24,000 bases of DNA from an uncultured Candidatus Bathyarchaeia archaeon (GTDB taxonomy: Archaea; Thermoproteota; Bathyarchaeia; Bathyarchaeales; Bathyarchaeaceae): positions 117,741 through 141,740 of the forward strand of contig CAZZLD010000005.1 in NCBI GenBank assembly GCA_964655075.1, given 5' to 3'. The translations under genes were made by a program, and so were the position numbers. The notes under the pieces are model-generated. The model had not been told where the DNA came from and ran no database searches. It was given only the letters and a program-made list of their open reading frames with translations. Shown here one piece after another: positions 1 to 6,611 of the stretch (positions are counted from its first letter, which is position 1; every line of letters begins with the position of its first letter).

Positions 1-50
1 TAAATGGAAAGGTTATCGACCGCTTTACTGTATCAATCAATCAAGATAGG

Positions 51-380
51 TTGACTGAGCTGTACCCCAGCATATGGAGGGTGATCTTTTCAGTTGCTGT
101 TCTTAGGGACCGTGATTCTTTAGTCAAAGAATTGCTTGACCACAAAAATGTAATCGAAGTGGACGAAGCTACACCAGCTGCTGTTCACGACATCTTAGTG
201 CAAGCCCAATTCAGCAACATGGAGGAGTTCAACGAATTTGCAAAATGGTTGAAATCCAAACAGAATGTAGACCCATCACGACTTGATGTCATTCCCATCC
301 ACAAACAACATAAAAGAAGAAGACGAATCTTATCAGTTATTAAGCCCAAGAAAGAAAAAGCAGTAATTATTCGCGTGTAA
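51..380 (+). CDS. Small stand-alone Lrp/AsnC ligand-binding (RAM)-like domain protein with a basic C-terminal tail
   Basis: 109-aa ORF opening with TTG at 51, directly after an in-frame TAG; GTG at 81 is an alternative start. The segment 'VIFSVAVLRD..LVKELLDHKNVIEVDEAT..HDILVQAQFSNMEEFNEFAKWL..RLDVIPI' fits a beta-alpha-beta-beta-alpha-beta RAM pattern. There is no HTH part. Family call is by eye only. Confidence 0.45.
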   Translation: MTELYPSIWRVIFSVAVLRDRDSLVKELLDHKNVIEVDEATPAAVHDILVQAQFSNMEEFNEFAKWLKSKQNVDPSRLDVIPIHKQHKRRRRILSVIKPKKEKAVIIRV

Positions 381-388
381 GCGGTTCG

Positions 389-811
389 ATGGTTTACCCA
401 AAGCTTAAAACAGAAATTCAGCGAGACTATAGGATTGTGGTAGGTATGTCTAAGGAAGACAAGATGTTGGAGGAGCTGAAGCGGATAAGAGAGCTGTTAA
501 CGCCGAAGCCTGCTCCACCGCCGAAAAAAGGCTTATGGAACGAATTCATGGACTTCCTCTCAAAATACAAGGTCATGGGCCTCGCTGTCGCCTTCATCAT
601 GGCCATATACCTCGGTGGACTGGTTAAAGCCCTCGTGGACGACCTAGTCATGCCGATAGTTACCCTTGTTATGCCCGGCATTGAATGGGAAAACATAGTA
701 GTTGGACCTTTCCGTGTTGGAGACTTCATCGGCGCGTTGATAACCTTCCTCATCGTAGCCTTCGTGATCTTCATAATAGTTAAGATCACTAAGCGATGGG
801 GAATCGAATAG
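389..811 (+). CDS. mscL: Large-conductance mechanosensitive channel MscL with an N-terminal extension
   Basis: 'WNEFMDFLSKYKVMGLAVAFIMAIYLGGLVKALVDDLVMPIV' matches the MscL N-helix/TM1 signature (F-x-x-F...V-x-x-LAV..I.....V.SLV.D..MP). A second TM and a basic C-terminus follow. ATG at 389 lies 9 nt after the upstream stop; ATG at 446 is an alternative start. Confidence 0.85.
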   Translation: MVYPKLKTEIQRDYRIVVGMSKEDKMLEELKRIRELLTPKPAPPPKKGLWNEFMDFLSKYKVMGLAVAFIMAIYLGGLVKALVDDLVMPIVTLVMPGIEWENIVVGPFRVGDFIGALITFLIVAFVIFIIVKITKRWGIE

Positions 812-826
812 CATCAACTCCCCTCC

Positions 827-839
827 TTTTTTCTTTATT
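827..839 (+). terminator. Oligo-T tract (TTTTTTCTTTATT) downstream of mscL; candidate archaeal terminator
   Basis: A T6 run begins 16 nt after the mscL stop, in a convergent intergenic region. Archaeal RNA polymerase terminates at oligo-T. Confidence 0.3.
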
Positions 840-899
840 AAAATAGGGCAGTGACTCTATCGCATGAGGCTTTGCAGGCTGGCTACAGCATGAGCTAGT

Positions 900-1076
900 T
901 TATTCTTCTTCGGCCCATTTTTTGGCTTTTTTAACGCCCTTTTTTGTGACTTCTACTCCTTTCTTCCCTGCTTTCTTTCCGACTTCAACGCCCTTTTCGC
1001 CGACTTTTATTCCCACCTTTACTCCCTTTTTTGCAGCTTCCTCTGTCTTTTTCTTAGCTTTCTTGAAGAATGACAA
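900..1076 (-). CDS. Small (58 aa) highly basic Lys/Gly/Val repeat protein, function unknown
   Basis: TTG at 1076 is preceded by AGGAGGTGA with an 8-nt spacer. The product is LSFFKKAKKKTEEAAKKGVKVGIKVGEKGVEVGKKAGKKGVEVTKKGVKKAKKWAEEE, with about 4 copies of a (K/E)KGV(K/E)V(G/T)-like unit. The longer ORF to 1157 lacks a comparable SD. Confidence 0.55.
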   Translation of the reverse strand: MSFFKKAKKKTEEAAKKGVKVGIKVGEKGVEVGKKAGKKGVEVTKKGVKKAKKWAEEE

Positions 1077-1199
1077 ACCATTCACCTCCTTTGATACAAG
1101 AAAATAGTTGTGCTCCAGGTTTTTAAACACTAGTCCTCTGTCGCAGAGAAAACGCAAACTCTAATATGCGGAAGAGCTAATTCTGAATCTGTGATCAAA

Positions 1200-1460
1200 A
1201 TGAAGCCGAAGGTCAGAAAACCTAATGAGAGGGAGCGGGAAGAGGCGAAGTCTTGGCCAATCTGGGAAAAGGAAGAGTCCAAATTCCCTTGGGAGTACGA
1301 TCAACAGGAGACTTGCCTAATCATAGAGGGAAAAGCCGTTGTCAAAACCCCAGAAGGAAACGTGGAATTCGGAGCAGGCGACTACGTTGTGTTTCCAAAG
1401 GGCCTAAAGTGCACTTGGGAGATACGAAAGAAGATCAGGAAGCACTATAGCTTAGAGTAA
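1200..1460 (+). CDS. Cupin_3 (DUF861-type) small cupin domain protein
   Basis: 'WPIWEKEESKFPWEYDQQETCLIIEGKAVVKTPEGNVEFGAGDYVVFPKGLKCTWEIRKKIRKHY' is the typical DUF861 cupin pattern (W..W....F.W.Y...E.c.i.eG...V......v.f.aGD.v.FP.G..c.W.v...v.KhY). GTG at 1191 is an alternative start. Confidence 0.85.
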   Translation: MKPKVRKPNEREREEAKSWPIWEKEESKFPWEYDQQETCLIIEGKAVVKTPEGNVEFGAGDYVVFPKGLKCTWEIRKKIRKHYSLE

Positions 1461-1597
1461 AAAACGCGCATACGATGCTCTAAAAGCATTACCATGTGGT
1501 TTTGTCCCTTTCAAAACGATTTCTGCAAACATTTATTTTATTGAACCCTAAAAGGATGCTGGTTTAAAGAAGATTCGCGGGCAGTTGGTGTTAGCCA

Positions 1598-2719
1598 TTG
1601 AGCGATGAAGAGGAAATGGTTGTCACCCCTTGGGAAGTCTCGGGGCCGGTTGACTACGAGAAGCTGATTGAGCAGTTCGGCACACAGCCTCTAACCAACG
1701 AGCTGTTGGAGAGGATAAAGAAGCACACGGGAAAACTGCACATACAACTCCGCAGGAGGCTGTTCTTTTCCCACCGAGACCTCGACTGGATCCTCGATCA
1801 ATACGAAGCAGGACAGAGATTCGTGCTCTACACGGGTAGAGGACCATCGGGACCTGTCCACATCGGACACTTGGTTCCGTGGATTTTCACGAAGCACCTC
1901 CAAGACAAGTTCAACGCGAAACTGTATTTCCAGATGACCGACGACGAGAAGTTTCTGATTCACCCCGAGTTCACCCTTGAAAAAACCGCTGGTTTCACTT
2001 ACGAAAACACGTTGGACCTCATCGCCGTGGGGCTTGACCCTGAAAAAACGAAGGTTATCGCAGACGTTAAAGACGTCAAGTTGCTCTACGAGATTGCAAT
2101 AAAAGTAGCCAAACACGTGACTTTCTCCACCGTTAAGGCGGTCTTCGGCTTCCAAGACAGCTCAAATATAGGAATAATCTTCTTCCCCGCCATCCAAGCG
2201 GCACCATGCTTTGTAGCATCAGCCCTCGCAGGCGAAAACGTGCCCTGCCTGATCCCCGCAGCCATCGATCAAGACCCGTACTGGCGAGTCACAAGGGACA
2301 TAGCCCCAAAAATCGGATACTACAAACCCGCTCAAATCCACTGCAAGTTCCTGCCGGGCTTAGGAAAAGGAGGGAAAATGTCGGCTTCCATGCCGGAAAC
2401 ATGCATATTCACCGTGGACACTCCTGAACAAGCGGAAAAGAAAATCTGGAACGCCTTCACAGGCGGCAAACCGACCGCCAAAGAACAGAAAAAGACGGGG
2501 GGAACCCCTTCGGTGTGCACGATTTACCAGTATTTTTACTACCTGTTCGAGGAAGGCGACAAAGAAATGGTGGAAATCGACAAAAGATGCAAGACGGGAG
2601 ACATCGTCTGCGGCGACTGCAAAGCGCTTTTGGCAGAAAGAGTGAAACGGTTCCTGAAAGACCATCAGAAGAAGAGAGAAAAGGCGAAAGACGTCATAGA
2701 CAAGTTCTTCGTCAAATAG
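1598..2719 (+). CDS. trpS: Tryptophan--tRNA ligase, archaeal/eukaryal type
   Basis: 'VTPWEVSG.VDYEKLIEQFG' N-terminus, HIGH motif 'PSGPVHIGHL' and KMSKS-class motif 'KMSAS'. TTG at 1598; ATG at 1616 is an alternative start. Confidence 0.95.
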   Translation: MSDEEEMVVTPWEVSGPVDYEKLIEQFGTQPLTNELLERIKKHTGKLHIQLRRRLFFSHRDLDWILDQYEAGQRFVLYTGRGPSGPVHIGHLVPWIFTKHLQDKFNAKLYFQMTDDEKFLIHPEFTLEKTAGFTYENTLDLIAVGLDPEKTKVIADVKDVKLLYEIAIKVAKHVTFSTVKAVFGFQDSSNIGIIFFPAIQAAPCFVASALAGENVPCLIPAAIDQDPYWRVTRDIAPKIGYYKPAQIHCKFLPGLGKGGKMSASMPETCIFTVDTPEQAEKKIWNAFTGGKPTAKEQKKTGGTPSVCTIYQYFYYLFEEGDKEMVEIDKRCKTGDIVCGDCKALLAERVKRFLKDHQKKREKAKDVIDKFFVK

Positions 2720-2754
2720 CGTTTATCTCTTACCCTAGTTTAGGAGAGGCACCC

Positions 2755-3372
2755 TTGAAAACCCTAATCGTTGACACCCGAATTAACCAGACCCTCCTAA
2801 GCTCCGTTGTTCCAGCCATAAAACCGTTCAGCGACTACGAAGTGGTAAGTTACGAGGACGTTAAACCCAACTTCAGAATCAAGAAGGACATCAACGCCGT
2901 GATTTTAACTGGTTCAGAAGCCAGAATCGTCTCGGAGGAGGACGTGGCGAAATTCAGCGAAGTAACCAAACTAATGAAACGCATAAACCTGCCAACGTTG
3001 GGCATCTGTTTCGGCCATCAACTCATGGCTCTCGCCCACGGAGCAAGCGTGGCCTCCTGTGAAAAGCCAGTTATGAACAGATTTGAAATGGTTCGCGTCC
3101 TTGAAGCAGATGAACTATTCCTCGGATATGAAAGCGGAGAGAAGATTCCGTTAGCTGAAACCCATAACGACTACGTGAGGAGAAACAGCTTAGAGGAAAG
3201 CGGTTTCAAGTTATTGGCTGATTCTCAGTCCTGCGAAGTTGAAGCGATAAAACACAGGAACAAACCGTTTTACGGCGTCCAATTCCACCCGGAAAGGACG
3301 AAGATCGAAGGAGAAGAACATAAGGACGGAATCAAAGTGATAAAAAACTTCTACCGCTACGTTGTGCATTGA
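2755..3372 (+). CDS. Class I glutamine amidotransferase (GATase1) family protein
   Basis: Nucleophile elbow 'LGICFGHQLMA' and 'FYGVQFHPE' His/Glu motif. TTG at 2755 is preceded by GGAGAGG. The upstream 240 nt of tracked ORF 2515..3372 overlaps trpS out of frame and is Arg-rich noise. Confidence 0.85.
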   Translation: MKTLIVDTRINQTLLSSVVPAIKPFSDYEVVSYEDVKPNFRIKKDINAVILTGSEARIVSEEDVAKFSEVTKLMKRINLPTLGICFGHQLMALAHGASVASCEKPVMNRFEMVRVLEADELFLGYESGEKIPLAETHNDYVRRNSLEESGFKLLADSQSCEVEAIKHRNKPFYGVQFHPERTKIEGEEHKDGIKVIKNFYRYVVH

Positions 3373-3423
3373 ACCTGAATCTTAAAAATGGAGAACCTCT
3401 GAAGCTGGCGTGCGCATGCAGGT

Positions 3424-4425
3424 TTATTTTTGGGAAACTGGAATAAATTTTATTATTTGGAAGTCTCCAATGGGAATAACCCCAAAATCGGCGTCTTCTG
3501 ATGTTGGATCAAGTGGAATCCAATCATTCAAATCTTTTCCATCTTCAAGTTCTTGGTGAACAAGAGGTTTACAATAGTCAGGGGCACTCGGAATATAAAC
3601 TGCAGAATATACATGATCGGGAACTTTGTCATTATCTGTATCTGCGAATATCAACGCTGATTCGAAACCTATTGCTGATAGAAGAGAGCACAATAAAATT
3701 GCTTGATCTTCACAATCGCCAGCTCGAAGTTTCAGCGTTGTTGCCGGAGACTGAATTTCCTCGAACTCTAACGGATCCCGCACGTATTGAATTTCATCCC
3801 TTACAAATTCGTAGATTTTTCTTGCCTGCTTAAAGTCACCAGCACTAAACCTCATACCTAAACGTACTGCAAGTTTCCTAACACTCTTCGCGTTTCGATC
3901 TACTGCATCAGTAATCTTTGTGATAGAAAGATCGAGACTTTCTCTAGCTTTACCTCCTGATTGACCTTCCATTTTGTCTATAAGATGACAGATTGACCTG
4001 CGCAAATTATCTCCAATGGCACGATTTTGCCTAGAAAACCAAGCAACTTCTTTCTTATCCCGATCTGCTTCAGAATATTTTCGCATTAGAGGAATAAGTG
4101 AGGTGTCCAAAATTGTGCTTATCCCCAGCGCATGTCCCAGATACGCTAGGTGCAGTGAATCATTTTCTTGCTCTTTTTTGGCCAATGCCTTGTAATGTAG
4201 CATTACACATTTTGTGAAATAGATAATTCGATGTAAAACTTCATATGCGTTTAATCCAGTTGAGGTTGACGGAAAAGATTCGACAAGAATCCTTCTAGCT
4301 GTTGCTATAGAAACTATTGCACTATCAATTTTTCCTTGATCAAGTTCCTCTATCGCTTTTTGCAAAAATCGATTTGCCTTGACTAAAAAGTTTTCTTCCA
4401 AAGGGCACCCTCTTAAACCTATCAC
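3424..4425 (-). CDS. Transglutaminase-like cysteine protease-fold protein with an approx. 190-aa N-terminal helical domain
   Basis: C-terminal core 'LRAGDCEDQAILLCSLLSAIGFESALIF...DHVYSAVYIP...WIPLDPT' gives the Cys-His-Asp transglutaminase-core arrangement. The GTG start abuts the upstream stop (TAG|GTG). Confidence 0.8.
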   Translation of the reverse strand: MIGLRGCPLEENFLVKANRFLQKAIEELDQGKIDSAIVSIATARRILVESFPSTSTGLNAYEVLHRIIYFTKCVMLHYKALAKKEQENDSLHLAYLGHALGISTILDTSLIPLMRKYSEADRDKKEVAWFSRQNRAIGDNLRRSICHLIDKMEGQSGGKARESLDLSITKITDAVDRNAKSVRKLAVRLGMRFSAGDFKQARKIYEFVRDEIQYVRDPLEFEEIQSPATTLKLRAGDCEDQAILLCSLLSAIGFESALIFADTDNDKVPDHVYSAVYIPSAPDYCKPLVHQELEDGKDLNDWIPLDPTSEDADFGVIPIGDFQIIKFIPVSQK

Positions 4426-4776
4426 CTAGCGTTTCGACATGAAAATTTGAACCCACTTTTCGACGCGGGATTTGAGAGGTTCTGGTCCAGATATAGATCC
4501 ATCCCCATTTACCGTGACCTCCTGATTTCGCAAGCTGAGTATCCCGCTTATTGGATCAAAACTTTTGATTCCCCGTTCGTACAAAAAGGATGCGAACTTA
4601 TTGATGTTAAAATCATTTGTTGAAACAACTTCTTCATAGACAACCCGTTTAGCTACTGTTCCAACTTCCTTCGAAATTTGGATGACACTGTTACAGTATG
4701 GGCATTTAACGAATTTGGAATATGGAGAGATCGGACCCTTATAAGTAGCCCCACAGTTTTCACAGATCACGTTCAC
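4426..4776 (-). CDS. Zinc-ribbon protein (N-terminal CxxC...CxxC) with an uncharacterised C-terminal domain
   Basis: 'MNVICENCGATYKG...VKCPYCNSVIQ'. The GTG start overlaps the upstream stop (GTGA), and the stop abuts the downstream start. Confidence 0.7.
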   Translation of the reverse strand: MNVICENCGATYKGPISPYSKFVKCPYCNSVIQISKEVGTVAKRVVYEEVVSTNDFNINKFASFLYERGIKSFDPISGILSLRNQEVTVNGDGSISGPEPLKSRVEKWVQIFMSKR

Positions 4777-5207
4777 AAAGCTTCGCCACCAATGCCACGT
4801 TGGATAGCACTGATCCAGTCTCTTGCATTATAGACTTCAAAAGCTGGATTTTCCATTCCTTCAGGAGTGTCAAGGCTGACTATAAGGACCTCATACGGTT
4901 CTTTGCTAAAGAAAGAAGGTGGTTCATTCAAAGTACCCTTCTTCCTTGTGCGCGTCTCCACCGTGGCTCCCACAACACCATCTATCGGAAGGTTGATTTT
5001 CACACCTGCCGTTTGCACCTCATTTTTCTTGCCAAATCCCAGAAAGCCTCCTGATTTGACCACGCGTTGCTCTAAGAACAGAAATCGTTTGTTGGTCAAA
5101 ATAAGTTTTCCCCACATGAGAGATCCGATTCTGCTATAACCATTATGATAAACAACATTTTGTTGCTCTCTAACAACTTTCTCGCCACGCCCTAGGAAAA
5201 AACTCAT
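4773..5207 (-). CDS. PH/GRAM-like (bacterial PH-type) domain protein
   Basis: 'WGKLILTNKRFLFLE', 'INLPIDGVVGATVE' and the C-terminal helix 'ARDWISAIQRGI' match the GRAM/bPH pattern. ATG at 5207 is preceded by GGAGGTGA with a 10-nt spacer. Confidence 0.6.
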   Translation of the reverse strand: MSFFLGRGEKVVREQQNVVYHNGYSRIGSLMWGKLILTNKRFLFLEQRVVKSGGFLGFGKKNEVQTAGVKINLPIDGVVGATVETRTRKKGTLNEPPSFFSKEPYEVLIVSLDTPEGMENPAFEVYNARDWISAIQRGIGGEAL

Positions 5208-5343
5208 TTAGTTTTTTCACCTCCCCCTTTCTCTTGATATGATATACTTGATGAGATACACACTTTTAACCCTTTTGACGAGGGTTTTCCGATTTCCAAA
5301 AACGTTAAATCCGAACGGGGCGGGTAATATTCGTTGGAAAGGA

Positions 5344-5754
5344 ATGAAAGCGAACATGAGGAGAAGAGCCAAGGGCGTAAGTACCGAGGTTGAGTATCCT
5401 CCCGCGAAGAGGAGGATTCCATACCGGTCTTTAGCGTATTATGTCGGACGCCCTCTCAGGATCTTCGCGAAAGAAAACCCGCTTGTGAAGCATCCGGCAA
5501 TTTATGAAGGAACGTTATCAGGCGTCTTTGAGAATCCAACGGCTCTGCTTTTGGAGGACGCGTGTGCTCTTGTTTTAGATCTGGTTCCCATGCAGAAATA
5601 TTACAGCGTAGTGAAACGGGACAGAATTGGGGCGTTTTTCATTCGCATGGATGAAATCAGATACTTTGAGATATTGCCTGAGGGAAGCAGAAAACTACGC
5701 GCTTCGAAAAGTTATAAGCTAGGCATCAAAACCTTAGAGGATGTTGAAGGCTGA
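5344..5754 (+). CDS. Hypothetical protein, possible Sm-like (LSm) fold
   Basis: 'YVGRPLRIFAKEN...IYEGTLSGVFENPTALLLEDAC' resembles Sm1 (G.L.g.D....L.L.da) and 'IGAFFIRMDEIRYFEI' resembles Sm2 (IRG.nI). The start is taken at ATG 5344; tracked ORF begins at 5239. Weak by-eye call. Confidence 0.5.
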   Translation: MKANMRRRAKGVSTEVEYPPAKRRIPYRSLAYYVGRPLRIFAKENPLVKHPAIYEGTLSGVFENPTALLLEDACALVLDLVPMQKYYSVVKRDRIGAFFIRMDEIRYFEILPEGSRKLRASKSYKLGIKTLEDVEG

Positions 5755-5796
5755 CGCGCCTGGGATTTGGTAACCTAAATATAGAGAGTGGTTTAA

Positions 5797-6381
5797 TTGG
5801 AGGAAAACGAGAAAGCCCCTGTCAATTTGTCCTCAGCCTATAGGCTGCTGTATCCGAGGAACGTTGTGTTAGTAAGCTGCATAGACAAATCGGGCAAAGC
5901 CAACATCATAACATTAGCTTGGTCCATGCCAGTCTCAATGGATCCCCCCATGGTGGCTATAGGACTAGCTCCCAGAAGATACTCCTACAAGCTGATTCGG
6001 GAAACCGGGGAATTTGTGGTCAACATTCCCACTATGGACATTGCCAAGGAAACGTTGTTCTGCGGCAGAAGAACAGGGAGAGAACATGACAAGTTTAAAG
6101 AAGCGCCTTTGACGCCTCTTCCCGCAAAAATGGTTAGGCCGCCGATAATCAAGGAGTGCGTGGCGCACTTAGAATGTAGGCTACGGCAAGAGGTAACCAC
6201 GGGAGACCACACGCTGTTAATCGGCGAAGTCTTAACCGCCCACGCAAACAGAAGAGTTTTCGATGAAAGATTCGACGTCAAAAAACTGAAACCGATCCTC
6301 CACATGGGTGGAGACAACTTCCTAACTATAACGCCTAAAATAGTTACGCCTCAACTGCCTGAAGACAGCAAACGAAGCTAA
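5797..6381 (+). CDS. Flavin reductase-like FMN-binding (split-barrel) domain protein
   Basis: 'YRLLYPRNVVLVSCIDKSGKANIITLAWSMPVSMDPPMVAIGLAPRRYSYKLIRETGEFVVNIP...HLECRL...GDHTLLIGEV' is the typical flavin reductase family pattern. TTG start. Confidence 0.9.
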   Translation: MEENEKAPVNLSSAYRLLYPRNVVLVSCIDKSGKANIITLAWSMPVSMDPPMVAIGLAPRRYSYKLIRETGEFVVNIPTMDIAKETLFCGRRTGREHDKFKEAPLTPLPAKMVRPPIIKECVAHLECRLRQEVTTGDHTLLIGEVLTAHANRRVFDERFDVKKLKPILHMGGDNFLTITPKIVTPQLPEDSKRS

Positions 6382-6421
6382 TAAATCAGACAACGACACC
6401 ACTATTTTTGAGAGAAAAACC

Positions 6422-6550
6422 GTGGCTAGAAGAGTTAGAAAAATCAGACCGTTTGACAGAGCTGAGTGCAAAGTCTGCTCCATGAAGGGAAGCTTCTACT
6501 GCTGGAGGCAATGCCCCTACAACACTTGGCGCCAGAGACAGATCGAATGA
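6422..6550 (+). CDS. Candidate 42-aa Cys-containing micro-protein (C-x2-C-x7-C-x3-C)
   Basis: ORF from GTG: MARRVRKIRPFDRAECKVCSMKGSFYCWRQCPYNTWRQRQIE. It fills the flavin reductase-map intergenic gap and is too short for the ORF track. No homolog recognised. Confidence 0.25.
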   Translation: MARRVRKIRPFDRAECKVCSMKGSFYCWRQCPYNTWRQRQIE

Positions 6551-6569
6551 GGCGACAACACCAGAACGG

Positions 6570-6578
6570 TTTTTAAAA
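6570..6578 (+). promoter_or_regulatory. TATA-box-like element (TTTTTAAAA) upstream of map
   Basis: AT-rich box ending 34 nt upstream of the map ATG, compatible with a short-leader archaeal promoter. Confidence 0.3.
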
Positions 6579-6611
6579 CCAACAGAAGCTTAATGACATG
6601 TGTGAAAGGCG

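Noticed and set aside
427-789. 120-aa minus-strand ORF inside mscL
   Set aside because: It is antisense to a confidently recognised MscL coding frame. The product is Met/Thr/Ser/Arg-rich low-complexity with no motif. This is a typical shadow ORF.
922-1107. 61-aa plus-strand F/T/P-rich ORF
   Set aside because: It is the mirror image of the Lys-rich minus-strand frame, which has a strong AGGAGGTGA SD. The plus frame has no SD and an implausible composition.
1623-2665. Several antisense and out-of-frame ORFs within trpS (1623..1847, 1691..2155, 2206..2427, 2332..2520, 2360..2665)
   Set aside because: All overlap the unambiguous TrpRS frame and encode Arg/Ser/Pro-rich noise.
2515-2754. N-terminal 80 codons of tracked ORF 2515..3372
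   Set aside because: This part overlaps the trpS 3' end out of frame and is Arg-rich junk. The GATase1 domain begins at TTG 2755, which has its own GGAGAGG SD.
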